Assembly: GCA_947166445.1 (NCBI GenBank)
Contig: CAMVED010000004.1
Coordinates: 2,617-66,616 of the forward strand
DNA length: 64,000 nt
Source: an uncultured Mycoplasmatota bacterium
GTDB taxonomy: Bacteria > Bacillota_I > Bacilli_A > RF39 > UBA660
Direction of reading: 5' to 3'
Positions 1 to 9,087 of the stretch are shown here, piece by piece (the stretch's first letter is position 1; each line of letters begins with the position of its first letter). The notes beneath the pieces were generated by a model, which had not been told where the DNA came from, did not search any database, and worked only from the letters and a program-made list of their open reading frames with translations. A program made the position numbers and the translations under genes.

Positions 1-37
1 GGTACTGTACAAGAATATAAGAAGGGAAGTAGATAGT

Positions 38-718
38 ATGAAGAATGAACTTATTGTAAAAACTAAACCAAAATCAGTAATAAGTGAAGATATTAGAACT
101 ATTCGTACTAATCTAGACTTTTCTCTATCAGAATTTGATAAAAAAGTTGTTATGGTAACTAGTTCTTTACCTTCAGAAGGAAAGACTTTTATAAGTAGTA
201 ATTTAGCAGTTACTTTAGCAGAAAATGGTAATAAAGTACTACTTGTGGATTGTGATTTAAGAAGAGGTAGACTTCATAGATTATTCGGAGTTTCTAATGA
301 ACAAGGTTTGTCTAATTTAATTTCTAAATATGATAAAGATATTGATTTGGCAGAATATATTAGAAAAACAGATATGTCTAAGTTGATAGTACTTACAAGA
401 GGAGCAGTACCTCCGAATCCATCTGAGTTGTTGTCATCTCCTAAATTTAAAGCTATTATTGAAGCTTTTAAAAAACATTTTGATTACATTGTTTTAGATA
501 GTGCTCCCGTAAATGGACTTCCTGATGCTTTAATACTATCTAAAGTATCAGATAAAGTTGTAATAGTAGCTAAGTATGAATCTACAACTATTGATGCTTT
601 GGAAGATACTAAAAAAGCACTTGAAAATGTTGATGCAAATATCGCAGGAGTTGTAATAAATAGTATACCTAGGTCAAAGACTAAATATGGATATTACTAT
701 TATGGTGAAAAAGAATGA
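38..718 (+). CDS. cpsD: Capsule/EPS BY-kinase, cytoplasmic ATPase subunit (CpsD/CapB/YwqD-type protein-tyrosine kinase)
   Basis: 226 aa. Walker A (SSLPSEGKTF), Walker A' (VLLVDCDLRRG), Walker B (DYIVLDSAP), and a C-terminal tyrosine cluster YGYYYYGEKE. 4-nt overlap with the downstream phosphatase gene. Confidence 0.85.
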   Translation: MKNELIVKTKPKSVISEDIRTIRTNLDFSLSEFDKKVVMVTSSLPSEGKTFISSNLAVTLAENGNKVLLVDCDLRRGRLHRLFGVSNEQGLSNLISKYDKDIDLAEYIRKTDMSKLIVLTRGAVPPNPSELLSSPKFKAIIEAFKKHFDYIVLDSAPVNGLPDALILSKVSDKVVIVAKYESTTIDALEDTKKALENVDANIAGVVINSIPRSKTKYGYYYYGEKE

Positions 719-1446
719 TTGATGTACACTGTCATATAATAAATGGAATAGATGATGGGTGCAGAACAATTGAAGAATCAATTGAAACAGTTAAAAATTT
801 AAAAAGCTTAGGTTTTTCTAAAATAGTTTTAACTCCTCACTACTTATATGATTCAAAGTATTGTGCAAATAATAAAGAAAAGAAAGATAAATTTAATACT
901 TTGAAAAAAGAAATAGAAAAAGAAAATATTGATATAGATCTATATTTAGGAAACGAAATATATATTAATTATCATATTGAAGACTTAGTAAAAGATAAAG
1001 AAATACATCCTATGAATAATACAAAGTATTTATTAATAGAACTTTCTATGTATAATGAAATACAAAATGTTGAAGATTATTTATATGAATTAAAAGTAAA
1101 GGGATTTATTCCTGTAATTGCTCATCCGGAAAGATATTTATACTTTCAAAAAGATTATAAAAAGATGGATAGATTATATGATTCTGGTGTATTATTTCAA
1201 TGTAACTATGGTAGTATAATAGGGCAATATGGAAAAGATGCTAAAAAGTTATTAAAATATGCTTTAAAAAAAGATATGGTTACTTTTATGGCTACTGATA
1301 TACATAGACCAAATACAGAACTAGTTAATTCTTTTGATAAGGCAGTTAAAAAAATAATAAAAATAGTAGGAGAAAAACGATTTAAAGAAATAACAGAAAA
1401 AAATGCTTTAAAAATGATAAATAATGAAGAGATAGAACATGAATAA
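715..1446 (+). CDS. cpsB: PHP-family protein-tyrosine phosphatase (CpsB/CapC/YwqE type)
   Basis: 243 aa. N-terminal MIDVHCHIINGIDDG metal-binding motif and a later AHPERY motif, both typical of CpsB/YwqE. Translationally coupled to the kinase gene. Confidence 0.85.
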   Translation: MIDVHCHIINGIDDGCRTIEESIETVKNLKSLGFSKIVLTPHYLYDSKYCANNKEKKDKFNTLKKEIEKENIDIDLYLGNEIYINYHIEDLVKDKEIHPMNNTKYLLIELSMYNEIQNVEDYLYELKVKGFIPVIAHPERYLYFQKDYKKMDRLYDSGVLFQCNYGSIIGQYGKDAKKLLKYALKKDMVTFMATDIHRPNTELVNSFDKAVKKIIKIVGEKRFKEITEKNALKMINNEEIEHE

Positions 1447-1469
1447 TGTTCTTTTTTTTAAATTAACTA

Positions 1470-1499
1470 TTGACAAAATTAATGATATAAATATATAAT
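1470..1499 (+). promoter_or_regulatory. Near-consensus sigma-A type promoter for the AbiEi-like/Bro-N cassette
   Basis: TTGACA (1470-1475), 18 nt spacer, TATAAT (1494-1499). It sits directly after the cpsB stop and upstream of the RBS AAGGAGG (1515-1521) and ATG 1528. Confidence 0.55.
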
Positions 1500-1527
1500 G
1501 ACATTAGAAAAGCCAAGGAGGTTAATT

Positions 1528-2154
1528 ATGGAACATATGACAATTAATGAATTTAAAGAAAAAAGTAATATTGAAATAATTGAAGAAATTATGAAAATGA
1601 ATAATGGTTATGTTACATGTAAAATGCTTTCTAGTTTGGGAATACATAGAATGTATTTAAACATTATGAAAGATAAAAATATTATAAAAAAAATAGGTAA
1701 TGGTATTTATATTGATTCTAAAATAACAGAGGATAATTTTTATGTTCTTAATATAGAATTACCTAATATTATTTATTCTCATATGACTGCACTTTATTTT
1801 CATGGATTTTTTGATAAATATGAAAATGATAAATATGATTTAACTGTTCCAAATAATTATTTTAATTATAAGTTAAAAGAACATAATGTTTTTTATGTTA
1901 ATAAAGATATTTATAAACTAGGTCTTATGGAAGTAATAACTCCATTTGGTAATAAAGTAAGAGTATATGATATTGAAAGATGTATATGTGATATCATTAA
2001 ATCTAAAAATAGAATGGATTCTAAAAATATTAGATATTGTATAAGAGAGTATGTAAAAAGAAAAGACAAGGATCTTGTAAAGTTATCTAAATATGCAGAA
2101 GTTCTTGGAGTAAATAAAGAAGTAATGGGATATATGGAATTATTTTTTGATTAA
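1528..2154 (+). CDS. AbiEi/AbiGi-family (type IV TA antitoxin-like, winged-helix) protein, with no cognate AbiEii/AbiGii toxin gene
   Basis: The ORF-track start (1498) lies inside the promoter -10, so I use ATG 1528, which has AAGGAGG 6 nt upstream. The N-terminal pattern NGYVTCKMLSSLGIHRMYLNIMKDKNIIKKIGNGIYI and the C-terminal part (RVYDIERCICDII...LSKYAEVLGV) match my recollection of streptococcal AbiGi/AbiEi_4 proteins. Confidence 0.7.
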   Translation: MEHMTINEFKEKSNIEIIEEIMKMNNGYVTCKMLSSLGIHRMYLNIMKDKNIIKKIGNGIYIDSKITEDNFYVLNIELPNIIYSHMTALYFHGFFDKYENDKYDLTVPNNYFNYKLKEHNVFYVNKDIYKLGLMEVITPFGNKVRVYDIERCICDIIKSKNRMDSKNIRYCIREYVKRKDKDLVKLSKYAEVLGVNKEVMGYMELFFD

Positions 2155-2183
2155 AAATGATAAATAGGGAGGATGATGGAAGA

Positions 2184-3038
2184 ATGAATCAAAAAAAATT
2201 AGAAACAATTTCAAATCTATTCGAAGGAAATGAAATAAGAAGTATATGGGATAAAGATAAAGAAGATTATTACTTTAGTGTAGTGGATGTAATAAGTGCT
2301 TTAACAGGTAGTCCTAATCCTAGAAAATATTGGTCAGTTTTAAAAAACAGATTAAAAAAAGAAGGAAGTGAACTGACTACAAATTGTAGTCAGTTGAAAA
2401 TGCTTGCGCCTGATGGAAAATATAGAATGAGAGATGCTTTAGATACTGAAGGTATATTTAGACTTATGGAAAGTGTTCCTTCACCAAAGGCTGAACCATT
2501 TAAACTTTGGCTTGCTAAGTTAGGAAGACAAGAAATAGATAATGTTTTTGATCCATCAAAAGGTATAGATAAAATGATTGATTTTTATTTAAGAAAAGGA
2601 TATGACTTATCATGGATTGAAACTAGAATAAGAGCAATTATTAATAGAAAAAAACTTACTAAGGTTTGGCATGATAATGGGGTTACAAAAGATTATGAAT
2701 ATGGAATTCTTACAAATGAGATTTATAAAGAATGGTCTGGTATGACTGCTAAAGAATATAAAAGTTATAAGGGACTTCATAAAGAATCATTAAGAGATAA
2801 TATGTCAGATTTAGAAATAGTGCTTACTGATTTAGGAGAAGTTGTAACAAGAGAGATTGCTAAAAAGCATAAACTACAAGGACTTAAACAAAACAAAGAT
2901 ATTGCTAGAATGGGTGGTAATGCTGCAAGAGTAGCAAAAGAAAATATAGAACATAGTTTAGGAGAATCAGTAATTTCAAATAAAAATAAACTTAATTATG
3001 AATATGCTGATGAAACAAAAATAATAGATAATAATTAA
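2184..3038 (+). CDS. Bro-N domain protein (BRO/antirepressor family) with a DinD-like C-terminal region
   Basis: Start moved to ATG 2184 (AGGGAGGA at 2166-2173). The N-terminus FEGNEIRSIWDKDKEDYYFSVVDVISALTGS...YWSVLKNRLKKEG is Bro-N-like. The C-terminus LRDNMSDLEIVLTDLGEVVTREIAKKH...ARMGGNAARVAKENIE resembles DNA-damage-inducible DinD-like proteins. Confidence 0.7.
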   Translation: MNQKKLETISNLFEGNEIRSIWDKDKEDYYFSVVDVISALTGSPNPRKYWSVLKNRLKKEGSELTTNCSQLKMLAPDGKYRMRDALDTEGIFRLMESVPSPKAEPFKLWLAKLGRQEIDNVFDPSKGIDKMIDFYLRKGYDLSWIETRIRAIINRKKLTKVWHDNGVTKDYEYGILTNEIYKEWSGMTAKEYKSYKGLHKESLRDNMSDLEIVLTDLGEVVTREIAKKHKLQGLKQNKDIARMGGNAARVAKENIEHSLGESVISNKNKLNYEYADETKIIDNN

Positions 3039-3065
3039 TCAAATAAATAAAAAAGGGGAGATAAA

Positions 3066-3377
3066 ATGGAAGATAAACATTATGAAAAAATTAAAGAATT
3101 AATACAATCAATAAGAGAAACAGGAAAAGAAGAATTAGAGGAATCATCAGAGCTTATTGATGTTATTATAAAAAATAAAATAACTAATGAACGCGCTATA
3201 TCATCTATTTTTGATAAAATGTTAAGTATTGAATTTATTGAAGAAGATGAACTTAAAGAAACATATTATAGGCTTTTAAAATATTGTAAAAAATTTAATA
3301 AAAAATTAAGTGATGATTATGAACAATTCTTTATTGAAAAGTTTGATGATTCAGAAGAAATTGGTGAATATGATTAA
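3066..3377 (+). CDS. Small acidic hypothetical protein (103 aa)
   Basis: RBS GGGGAG 5 nt upstream of the ATG. Glu/Asp-rich and predicted helical. I recognise no family. A 7-bp hairpin (3376-3399) follows it. Confidence 0.5.
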   Translation: MEDKHYEKIKELIQSIRETGKEELEESSELIDVIIKNKITNERAISSIFDKMLSIEFIEEDELKETYYRLLKYCKKFNKKLSDDYEQFFIEKFDDSEEIGEYD

Positions 3378-3453
3378 CAAAGTAATTAATTGCTTTGTTC
3401 TTTTATATTATTTAATAAAAATAGACATAATATTAATAGAAAGGAATAAAAGT

Positions 3454-3540
3454 ATGAATTTATTATCATTTACTATAGGTATGATGTTTGGAGGAACAGT
3501 GTCCACTATTATACTTTGTTGTTTACAAATCAATAAATAA
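3454..3540 (+). CDS. Candidate 28-aa hydrophobic peptide (MNLLSFTIGMMFGGTVSTIILCCLQINK)
   Basis: In-frame ATG within ORF-track entry 3310-3540. GAAAGGA lies 8 nt upstream. It has a single predicted TM helix and is followed immediately by a strong terminator. The 5' part of the 3310 ORF overlaps the acidic-protein gene and looks spurious. Confidence 0.3.
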   Translation: MNLLSFTIGMMFGGTVSTIILCCLQINK

Positions 3541-3550
3541 AAAGTGTAAA

Positions 3551-3590
3551 AAAGAATAACTATTTTTACAAATAATTATTCTTTTTTTTT
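3551..3590 (+). terminator. Rho-independent terminator closing the inserted cassette
   Basis: AAAGAATAA (3551-3559) pairs with TTATTCTTT (3576-3584). There is extra inner pairing TATTT/AAATA, then a T-run to 3590. Confidence 0.6.
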
Positions 3591-3639
3591 ATTTGTTATA
3601 AAAAAGGGATTTTAATTTTTAAATTATAGGTTTATTTGG

Positions 3640-3668
3640 TTGTCAAATATTAAAAAATAGTGTATAAT
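3640..3668 (+). promoter_or_regulatory. Sigma-A type promoter restarting the polysaccharide operon
   Basis: TTGTCA (3640-3645), 17 nt spacer, TATAAT (3663-3668), about 55 nt upstream of the sugar-transferase ATG at 3725. Confidence 0.55.
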
Positions 3669-3724
3669 TTTAATAGATTTTTGAAAAAAAGTATAAAAAA
3701 TATTAATAGTGGGATGTTGGTAGT

Positions 3725-4516
3725 ATGAAAGAAAACTATATAGAAAGTTATTTTGACCTCGAAGGTCATGAATATACAAGAAAATCATTAAGTAAAAGAT
3801 TTATTAAAGTATTCGCAGGAACTAAGTTTATGACAGATAGATTGTTAGCATTATTTGGATTAATTATTTTTTTACCATTAATGTTAATAATTTCTATAAT
3901 AATTAAACTAGATAGTAAAGGTCCTGTTTTATTTAAGCAAATTAGAACAGGTAAAGGTGGAAAAGAAATATATATTTATAAATTTAGATCCATGGTAGCA
4001 AACAATAATGTAAGAGACTTTTCTAAACAAGATGAACATACAAAAGTTGGAACATTTTTAAGAAAAACTAGTTTAGATGAACTTCCTCAATTAATATCTA
4101 TTTTAAAAGGTGATATGAGTTTTATAGGACCAAGACCTTGGATACCAGAATATTATGAAAATATGGATGAAATACAAAGACATAGATGTGATGTTAGACC
4201 TGGACTTACTGGACTTGCTCAATGTATGGGAAGAAACAATATAACTATATTTGATAAAATAAATTATGATTTAAAATATATAAAAGATTATTCTTTAAGA
4301 CAAGATATTAAAATAATATTTTTAACAATAAAAACAGTATTTAGTAAAAAAGGTGCAGATGCTGGAAAAGGTACAATACATGATGAATTAGAAGAATTAA
4401 AAACAGTTAATGAAAGAAAAAAAGTAAAGAGTATTGATCAATATAAAAAAGAAATAAATGAACTTATTGAAGGTAATGAAAATGTTGCAAATGTACAAGA
4501 GGTGAGTGTAGTATGA
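3725..4516 (+). CDS. Undecaprenyl-phosphate sugar phosphotransferase (bacterial sugar transferase, CpsE/WbaP C-terminal type), the priming enzyme
   Basis: 263 aa. One N-terminal TM helix, then KFRSM...DELPQLISILKGDMSFIGPRP...RPGLTGLAQ, the hallmark motifs of the PF02397 family. Confidence 0.85.
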   Translation: MKENYIESYFDLEGHEYTRKSLSKRFIKVFAGTKFMTDRLLALFGLIIFLPLMLIISIIIKLDSKGPVLFKQIRTGKGGKEIYIYKFRSMVANNNVRDFSKQDEHTKVGTFLRKTSLDELPQLISILKGDMSFIGPRPWIPEYYENMDEIQRHRCDVRPGLTGLAQCMGRNNITIFDKINYDLKYIKDYSLRQDIKIIFLTIKTVFSKKGADAGKGTIHDELEELKTVNERKKVKSIDQYKKEINELIEGNENVANVQEVSVV

Positions 4517-5640
4517 AAAAAGTATTGTTTACAGCAACAGTAGATTCACATATATTGCAATTTCATTTACCTTTTTTAAAACTTTTTAAAGATAAAGGAT
4601 ATGAAGTTCATGTAGCTACAAATGGTGATGAGGAAATACCATATTGTGATAAGAAACATGTTATTTGTTTTGAAAGAAGTCCTATTAAATTAAATAATTT
4701 AAAGGCAATAAAAGATTTAAGAAAAATAATTAATGAAGAAAAGTTTGATATTATACATTGTCATACTCCTATGGGTAGTGTAGTAACAAGACTTGCTGCA
4801 AAAAAAGCAAGAAAGAAGATTCATACTAGAGTTATATATACTGCACATGGTTTTCATTTTTATAAAGGAGCACCAATTAAAAATTGGTTAATATTTTATC
4901 CTGTTGAAAAGTATTTAGCTAAATATACTGATACTTTAATAACAATTAATAAAGAAGATTATGAATTAGCAAAGAAAAAGTTTTCTAAAAGATGTAAAAA
5001 TATAGAATATGTACCTGGTGTAGGAATTGATGAAGAAAAGTTTAACTTTAAAATGACTAAAAAAGAAAAAACAGAACTAAGAAAATCATTAGGATTAAAA
5101 GATAGTGATTTTGTTATGATTTATCCTGCTGAAATATCTAAAAGAAAAAGACAAGAATGGTTAATTAATACATTATCAGATTTATTAGCAAAACATAAAG
5201 ATATGCATATTCTTTTACCTGGAAAAGATTCATTAAATGGTAAGTGTCAACAATTAGTAAAAGATTTGAATTTAGAAAAACAAATACATTTCTTAGGATA
5301 TAGAACTGATATACCAAAATTATTAAAAATATCTAATATAGCAGTATCTACTGCTAATCAAGAGGGATTGCCAGTAAATATTATGGAAGCTATGTATGTA
5401 GGACTACCTATTGTTGCTTCTAATTGTAGAGGGAATAGGGACTTAGTTGAAGATGGCAGGAATGGATATTTGGTAGATTTGGATGAAGGTATTAGATATT
5501 CTAAGTGTGTAGAAGAGTTATATTTGAAGGAAAATGATGTTTCTGGTAAAATAGGTAAGGTAATTATAGAGTATTATTTATTGAATAAGATATTAGAAAA
5601 ATATAAAAGAATATATTCTATGACGTGGAAGGGTTATTGA
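4513..5640 (+). CDS. Glycosyltransferase, GT-B fold (GT4-like)
   Basis: 375 aa. C-terminal NQEGLPVNIMEAMYVGLPIVASNCRGNRDLVEDGRNG is an E-x7-E type motif. 4-nt overlap with the upstream gene. Confidence 0.8.
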   Translation: MKKVLFTATVDSHILQFHLPFLKLFKDKGYEVHVATNGDEEIPYCDKKHVICFERSPIKLNNLKAIKDLRKIINEEKFDIIHCHTPMGSVVTRLAAKKARKKIHTRVIYTAHGFHFYKGAPIKNWLIFYPVEKYLAKYTDTLITINKEDYELAKKKFSKRCKNIEYVPGVGIDEEKFNFKMTKKEKTELRKSLGLKDSDFVMIYPAEISKRKRQEWLINTLSDLLAKHKDMHILLPGKDSLNGKCQQLVKDLNLEKQIHFLGYRTDIPKLLKISNIAVSTANQEGLPVNIMEAMYVGLPIVASNCRGNRDLVEDGRNGYLVDLDEGIRYSKCVEELYLKENDVSGKIGKVIIEYYLLNKILEKYKRIYSMTWKGY

Positions 5641-5643
5641 TTA

Positions 5644-6843
5644 ATGCAAAAAATGAAAATAGATTTAATTAAAATTACAACTATTAACATACTATTATTT
5701 GCTCCTTTATCTGTTTATCCAATTTTAGGAGCTGGAGTAACGCTAGGTGATGTGCTCCTTCTTATTAATTTTTTGTTAATAGTTTTTTTACCTTTTAAAG
5801 GAAAAAAAGTGTTTATTCCTATTCCAATATTTATTTATATTATTATGATAATACTGGTTACCTTAATTCATTGGTCATTAGGTATTGAAGTTATATCAAA
5901 TGATTTATTGAGTTTCTTAAGATATATATTCTATTTGTGTTTTTGTTTATATGTTTCAAAAAATTTTTTTGACTTTAAATACTTTTATCAAATATATAAA
6001 GTAGTAGCTTTTTTACTTGCAATATACGTGATTTTTCAATTTGTTTCGTTCTTTTTATTTAAATTCATATTACCCATAAATATTTTGAGTTTTATAGGTT
6101 TACGTGCTGTTGATTCTGTGTACTGGTATGATACTTTATCAAGATATACTAGTGGATTAATTCAATATAGGCCATGTGCAATTTTTATTGAACCAGCTCA
6201 CTATGTAGTTTATCAAGCTCCAATTTTATATCTGTTGTTAAATAATATAGTCAATGATAATAGGAATAATATTTATCTATCTTTTATTATTATTATAAGT
6301 ATATTATTGTCTGGCTCAACAACTGGAATTATAATTATTTCTTTTTGTGTATTTAATAGTATATTAAGATACATAAAAAAAGATATTATTAAATCTGTAA
6401 TTGTATGTCTATTCGTTTTAATTGGCGGTTTTTTATTTTTTAACTCTAATTATGGTTTGATGGTTATTCAAAGAACTTTTTCAGACGAAAATACTGGTGC
6501 TATAAATGGAAGATTTGCAAATACTAATATTGTTTTTTCAGATACCAATAAACATATAATAATAGGAAATGGTATGGCTTATGCTAAAGATAATTATGTT
6601 CCTAGTTATCACCGACTTATACTTTCATATGGGTTAATAGGATTTATAACATTTATTATGTTTATGCTACTCATTTACGATAAGTGTAATATAATTGGCA
6701 AAAGAATGATTATTTTATTTATGCTAACTATGATAGGAACTCTTTCATTATTTGGAATAGCAACTATAATGTTTTTTACGATAATTCTTTCAAATTATAA
6801 AGTAAATAATGATATATCATTTAAAAGAATGGAGAATCTTTGA
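5644..6843 (+). CDS. Polytopic membrane protein, probable Wzy-type polysaccharide polymerase (O-antigen ligase-like)
   Basis: 399 aa with about 10 or more hydrophobic segments. Its position between glycosyltransferases in a Wzx/Wzy locus supports the call. No diagnostic motif, so this is a contextual call. Confidence 0.55.
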   Translation: MQKMKIDLIKITTINILLFAPLSVYPILGAGVTLGDVLLLINFLLIVFLPFKGKKVFIPIPIFIYIIMIILVTLIHWSLGIEVISNDLLSFLRYIFYLCFCLYVSKNFFDFKYFYQIYKVVAFLLAIYVIFQFVSFFLFKFILPINILSFIGLRAVDSVYWYDTLSRYTSGLIQYRPCAIFIEPAHYVVYQAPILYLLLNNIVNDNRNNIYLSFIIIISILLSGSTTGIIIISFCVFNSILRYIKKDIIKSVIVCLFVLIGGFLFFNSNYGLMVIQRTFSDENTGAINGRFANTNIVFSDTNKHIIIGNGMAYAKDNYVPSYHRLILSYGLIGFITFIMFMLLIYDKCNIIGKRMIILFMLTMIGTLSLFGIATIMFFTIILSNYKVNNDISFKRMENL

Positions 6844-7892
6844 TTATGAAAAAGAAAAAAGTGCTATTTATTTTATCATCAAATAGTTATTCTGGAGCGG
6901 AAAATGTGATTATAACAATTATGAAAAATATGAGTTCCACCTTTGATATGGCTTATTCATCTCCATATGGTAGTATTTATAATCAAATAGTTCAAAATCA
7001 TATAAAATATATACCTATGAAGAACATGTCCGTTAGAGAAGTAAAAAGGGTAATTAATGAATATAATCCTGATATCATTCATGCTAATGATTTTAAGGCA
7101 AGTTTCTTTTCTGCACTTGTAAAAAATGAAAAAAAATTAGTTTCTCATATACATAATAATGCTCCATGGCTTACAAAAAAAGGCTTAAAATCAATTATAT
7201 TTTTTTATACTATTAAAAAATCAAATAAGGTATTGATTGTATCTGAATCTATAAAAAAGGAGTTTATATATTCAGATAAAGTAAGTGATAAATTTATAAA
7301 CATTGGTAATCCTGTGTGCAGAGAAAAGATTTTAAAATGTGTCGGCGATTATGAAAAAAAATATGATATTTGCTGCGTAGCACGTGTTTCCACTCCTAAA
7401 AATCCTATAAAATTTTTAGAAGTGATTAAGGAAGTAAAAAAAGATATTAAGAATATTAAAGTGATTTGGGTCGGAGGATTTGATCCAAATATAAAGAAAA
7501 AAGTATTAGATAAGGTCATTGAATTCAAATTAGTCGATAATGTAGAGTTTGTTGGTTATAAAGACAATCCTTTTTCGTATATGGCACAATCAAAAGTTTT
7601 TTTACTAACTTCAGATTGGGAAGGATATGGATTAGTTGTTTTTGAAGCGTTAACTCTTGGGTTGCCATGTGTTACTAGTAATGTTGGAGGATTAACAGAT
7701 ATTGTTAATAATGAATGTGGAAAACTTTGTAATAACAAAAACATAAAAGATTATTCTAATGAAATTATTTCATTATTGAAAGAAGAAAAATATTATAAAA
7801 TTAAATCTCAAAATGCAGTTGTGAGATCAAAAAAATTAGAAAACATTAATAGATATTGTAAAAAAATTTCAAATATATATAATAATTTGTAA
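6840..7892 (+). CDS. Glycosyltransferase, GT-B fold (GT4-like)
   Basis: 350 aa. N-terminal SGAENV, C-terminal SDWEGYGLVVFEALTLGLPCVTSNVGGLTDIV. The start could instead be ATG 6846. Confidence 0.75.
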   Translation: MIMKKKKVLFILSSNSYSGAENVIITIMKNMSSTFDMAYSSPYGSIYNQIVQNHIKYIPMKNMSVREVKRVINEYNPDIIHANDFKASFFSALVKNEKKLVSHIHNNAPWLTKKGLKSIIFFYTIKKSNKVLIVSESIKKEFIYSDKVSDKFINIGNPVCREKILKCVGDYEKKYDICCVARVSTPKNPIKFLEVIKEVKKDIKNIKVIWVGGFDPNIKKKVLDKVIEFKLVDNVEFVGYKDNPFSYMAQSKVFLLTSDWEGYGLVVFEALTLGLPCVTSNVGGLTDIVNNECGKLCNNKNIKDYSNEIISLLKEEKYYKIKSQNAVVRSKKLENINRYCKKISNIYNNL

Positions 7893-7902
7893 ATAAAAAA
7901 AG

Positions 7903-9087
7903 ATGGTGAAAGATATGATAAAGATTAAAAGAGTTATTTATTTTTTTGGTTTGTTTTTAAAATTGTTTCCTAGAAAAAAAGTTATATTATTCAGAAGTTT
8001 TCATGGTCAGTATAATGATAATCCAAAATACATTTCAGAGTGTATTCATAAATTAGATAGCAATATAAAGTTAATATGGGCAATTTCTGATGAAGCTAAT
8101 AAGGAGGATATTCCGGGATATGTTAGGCAAATTAAGTATAATAGTTTGAAATACTATTATTACATATATAGATCCAAAGTTGTTGTAGATAACTATTTTG
8201 GAATTATATATTCATATGCCAATAAAAAATCTATATTATCTAGATTAATCGTAAAAGATAAAAAACAGTTAAATGTATCTACTTGGCATGGTACTCCACT
8301 GAAAAAAATTGGAAAAAATCAAAAGGAATATAGTGATGATAAAAATGTTTTTTACACAAGTTGTAATTTGATGACTGCTAATAGTATATATTTAAAAGAC
8401 AGACTTAAAGATGCTTTTAATATTAATAATATAAAATTATATGGTTCACCTAGAAATGATATATTATATAGTAATAATTCACAAGCAATAAAGAAAAAGT
8501 TAGGACTGCCATTAAATAAAAAGCTTGTTCTTTTTGCTCCAACCTTTAGAGATAGTTTATATGAAAGTGGAGAACGTCAATTGAAAGAATTGAATATAGA
8601 AAAACTAATAAAATTATTAAATGAGAAATTTGGTGGTGAATTTGTTTTTATTGCAAGAGTTCACAATGAAGTGTTGAAAAAATTTGATTTTTCGGTTATA
8701 AAAAATATTGATGTAATAAATGGAAATTTACACGATGATATGGGTGAATATTTATCTGTAGCTGATGTGCTGATAACTGATTATTCTGGATCACTTTTCG
8801 ATTATGCATTGACTTTAAAACCTATTTTTCTATTAACACTTGATAAAAAAAATTATGAGGAGGTAGAACGAGACTTTTATATAAAATTAGATCAATTACC
8901 TTTTTCATATGCAGTTTCAATTAATGAGTTTTATAGTAATATTAAGAGTTTTGACAATCAGAAATTCATAAATAATGTAAAAGAGTTTAATAAAAAACTA
9001 GGATGTATGGACGACGGAAAAAGCGCATTAAGGGTATCAAAAATAATATTAGACTTTATTAATCATGGAGACAACAGTTATGAATAA
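7903..9087 (+). CDS. CDP-glycerol glycerophosphotransferase family protein (TagB/TagF-like)
   Basis: 394 aa. Contains STWHGTPLKKIG, FAPTFRD and ITDYSGSLFDYALTLKPIF, motifs characteristic of TagB/TagF teichoic-acid-type phosphotransferases. Confidence 0.75.
   Translation: MVKDMIKIKRVIYFFGLFLKLFPRKKVILFRSFHGQYNDNPKYISECIHKLDSNIKLIWAISDEANKEDIPGYVRQIKYNSLKYYYYIYRSKVVVDNYFGIIYSYANKKSILSRLIVKDKKQLNVSTWHGTPLKKIGKNQKEYSDDKNVFYTSCNLMTANSIYLKDRLKDAFNINNIKLYGSPRNDILYSNNSQAIKKKLGLPLNKKLVLFAPTFRDSLYESGERQLKELNIEKLIKLLNEKFGGEFVFIARVHNEVLKKFDFSVIKNIDVINGNLHDDMGEYLSVADVLITDYSGSLFDYALTLKPIFLLTLDKKNYEEVERDFYIKLDQLPFSYAVSINEFYSNIKSFDNQKFINNVKEFNKKLGCMDDGKSALRVSKIILDFINHGDNSYE

Noticed and set aside
3310-3453. 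The 5' part of ORF-track entry 3310-3540 (MMIMNNSLLKSL...).
   Set aside because: It overlaps the 3' end of the acidic-protein gene in another frame and spans a hairpin, with no RBS. Only the distal 28 codons (3454-3540) have an RBS, so I kept only that part, as a low-confidence candidate.
7129-7136. A8 homopolymer inside the second GT4 glycosyltransferase gene, considered as a possible slipped-strand phase-variation switch.
   Set aside because: Tracts of A/T with 7-9 bases are frequent throughout this AT-rich window, both inside and outside genes, so a single A8 tract has no discriminating value without population data.
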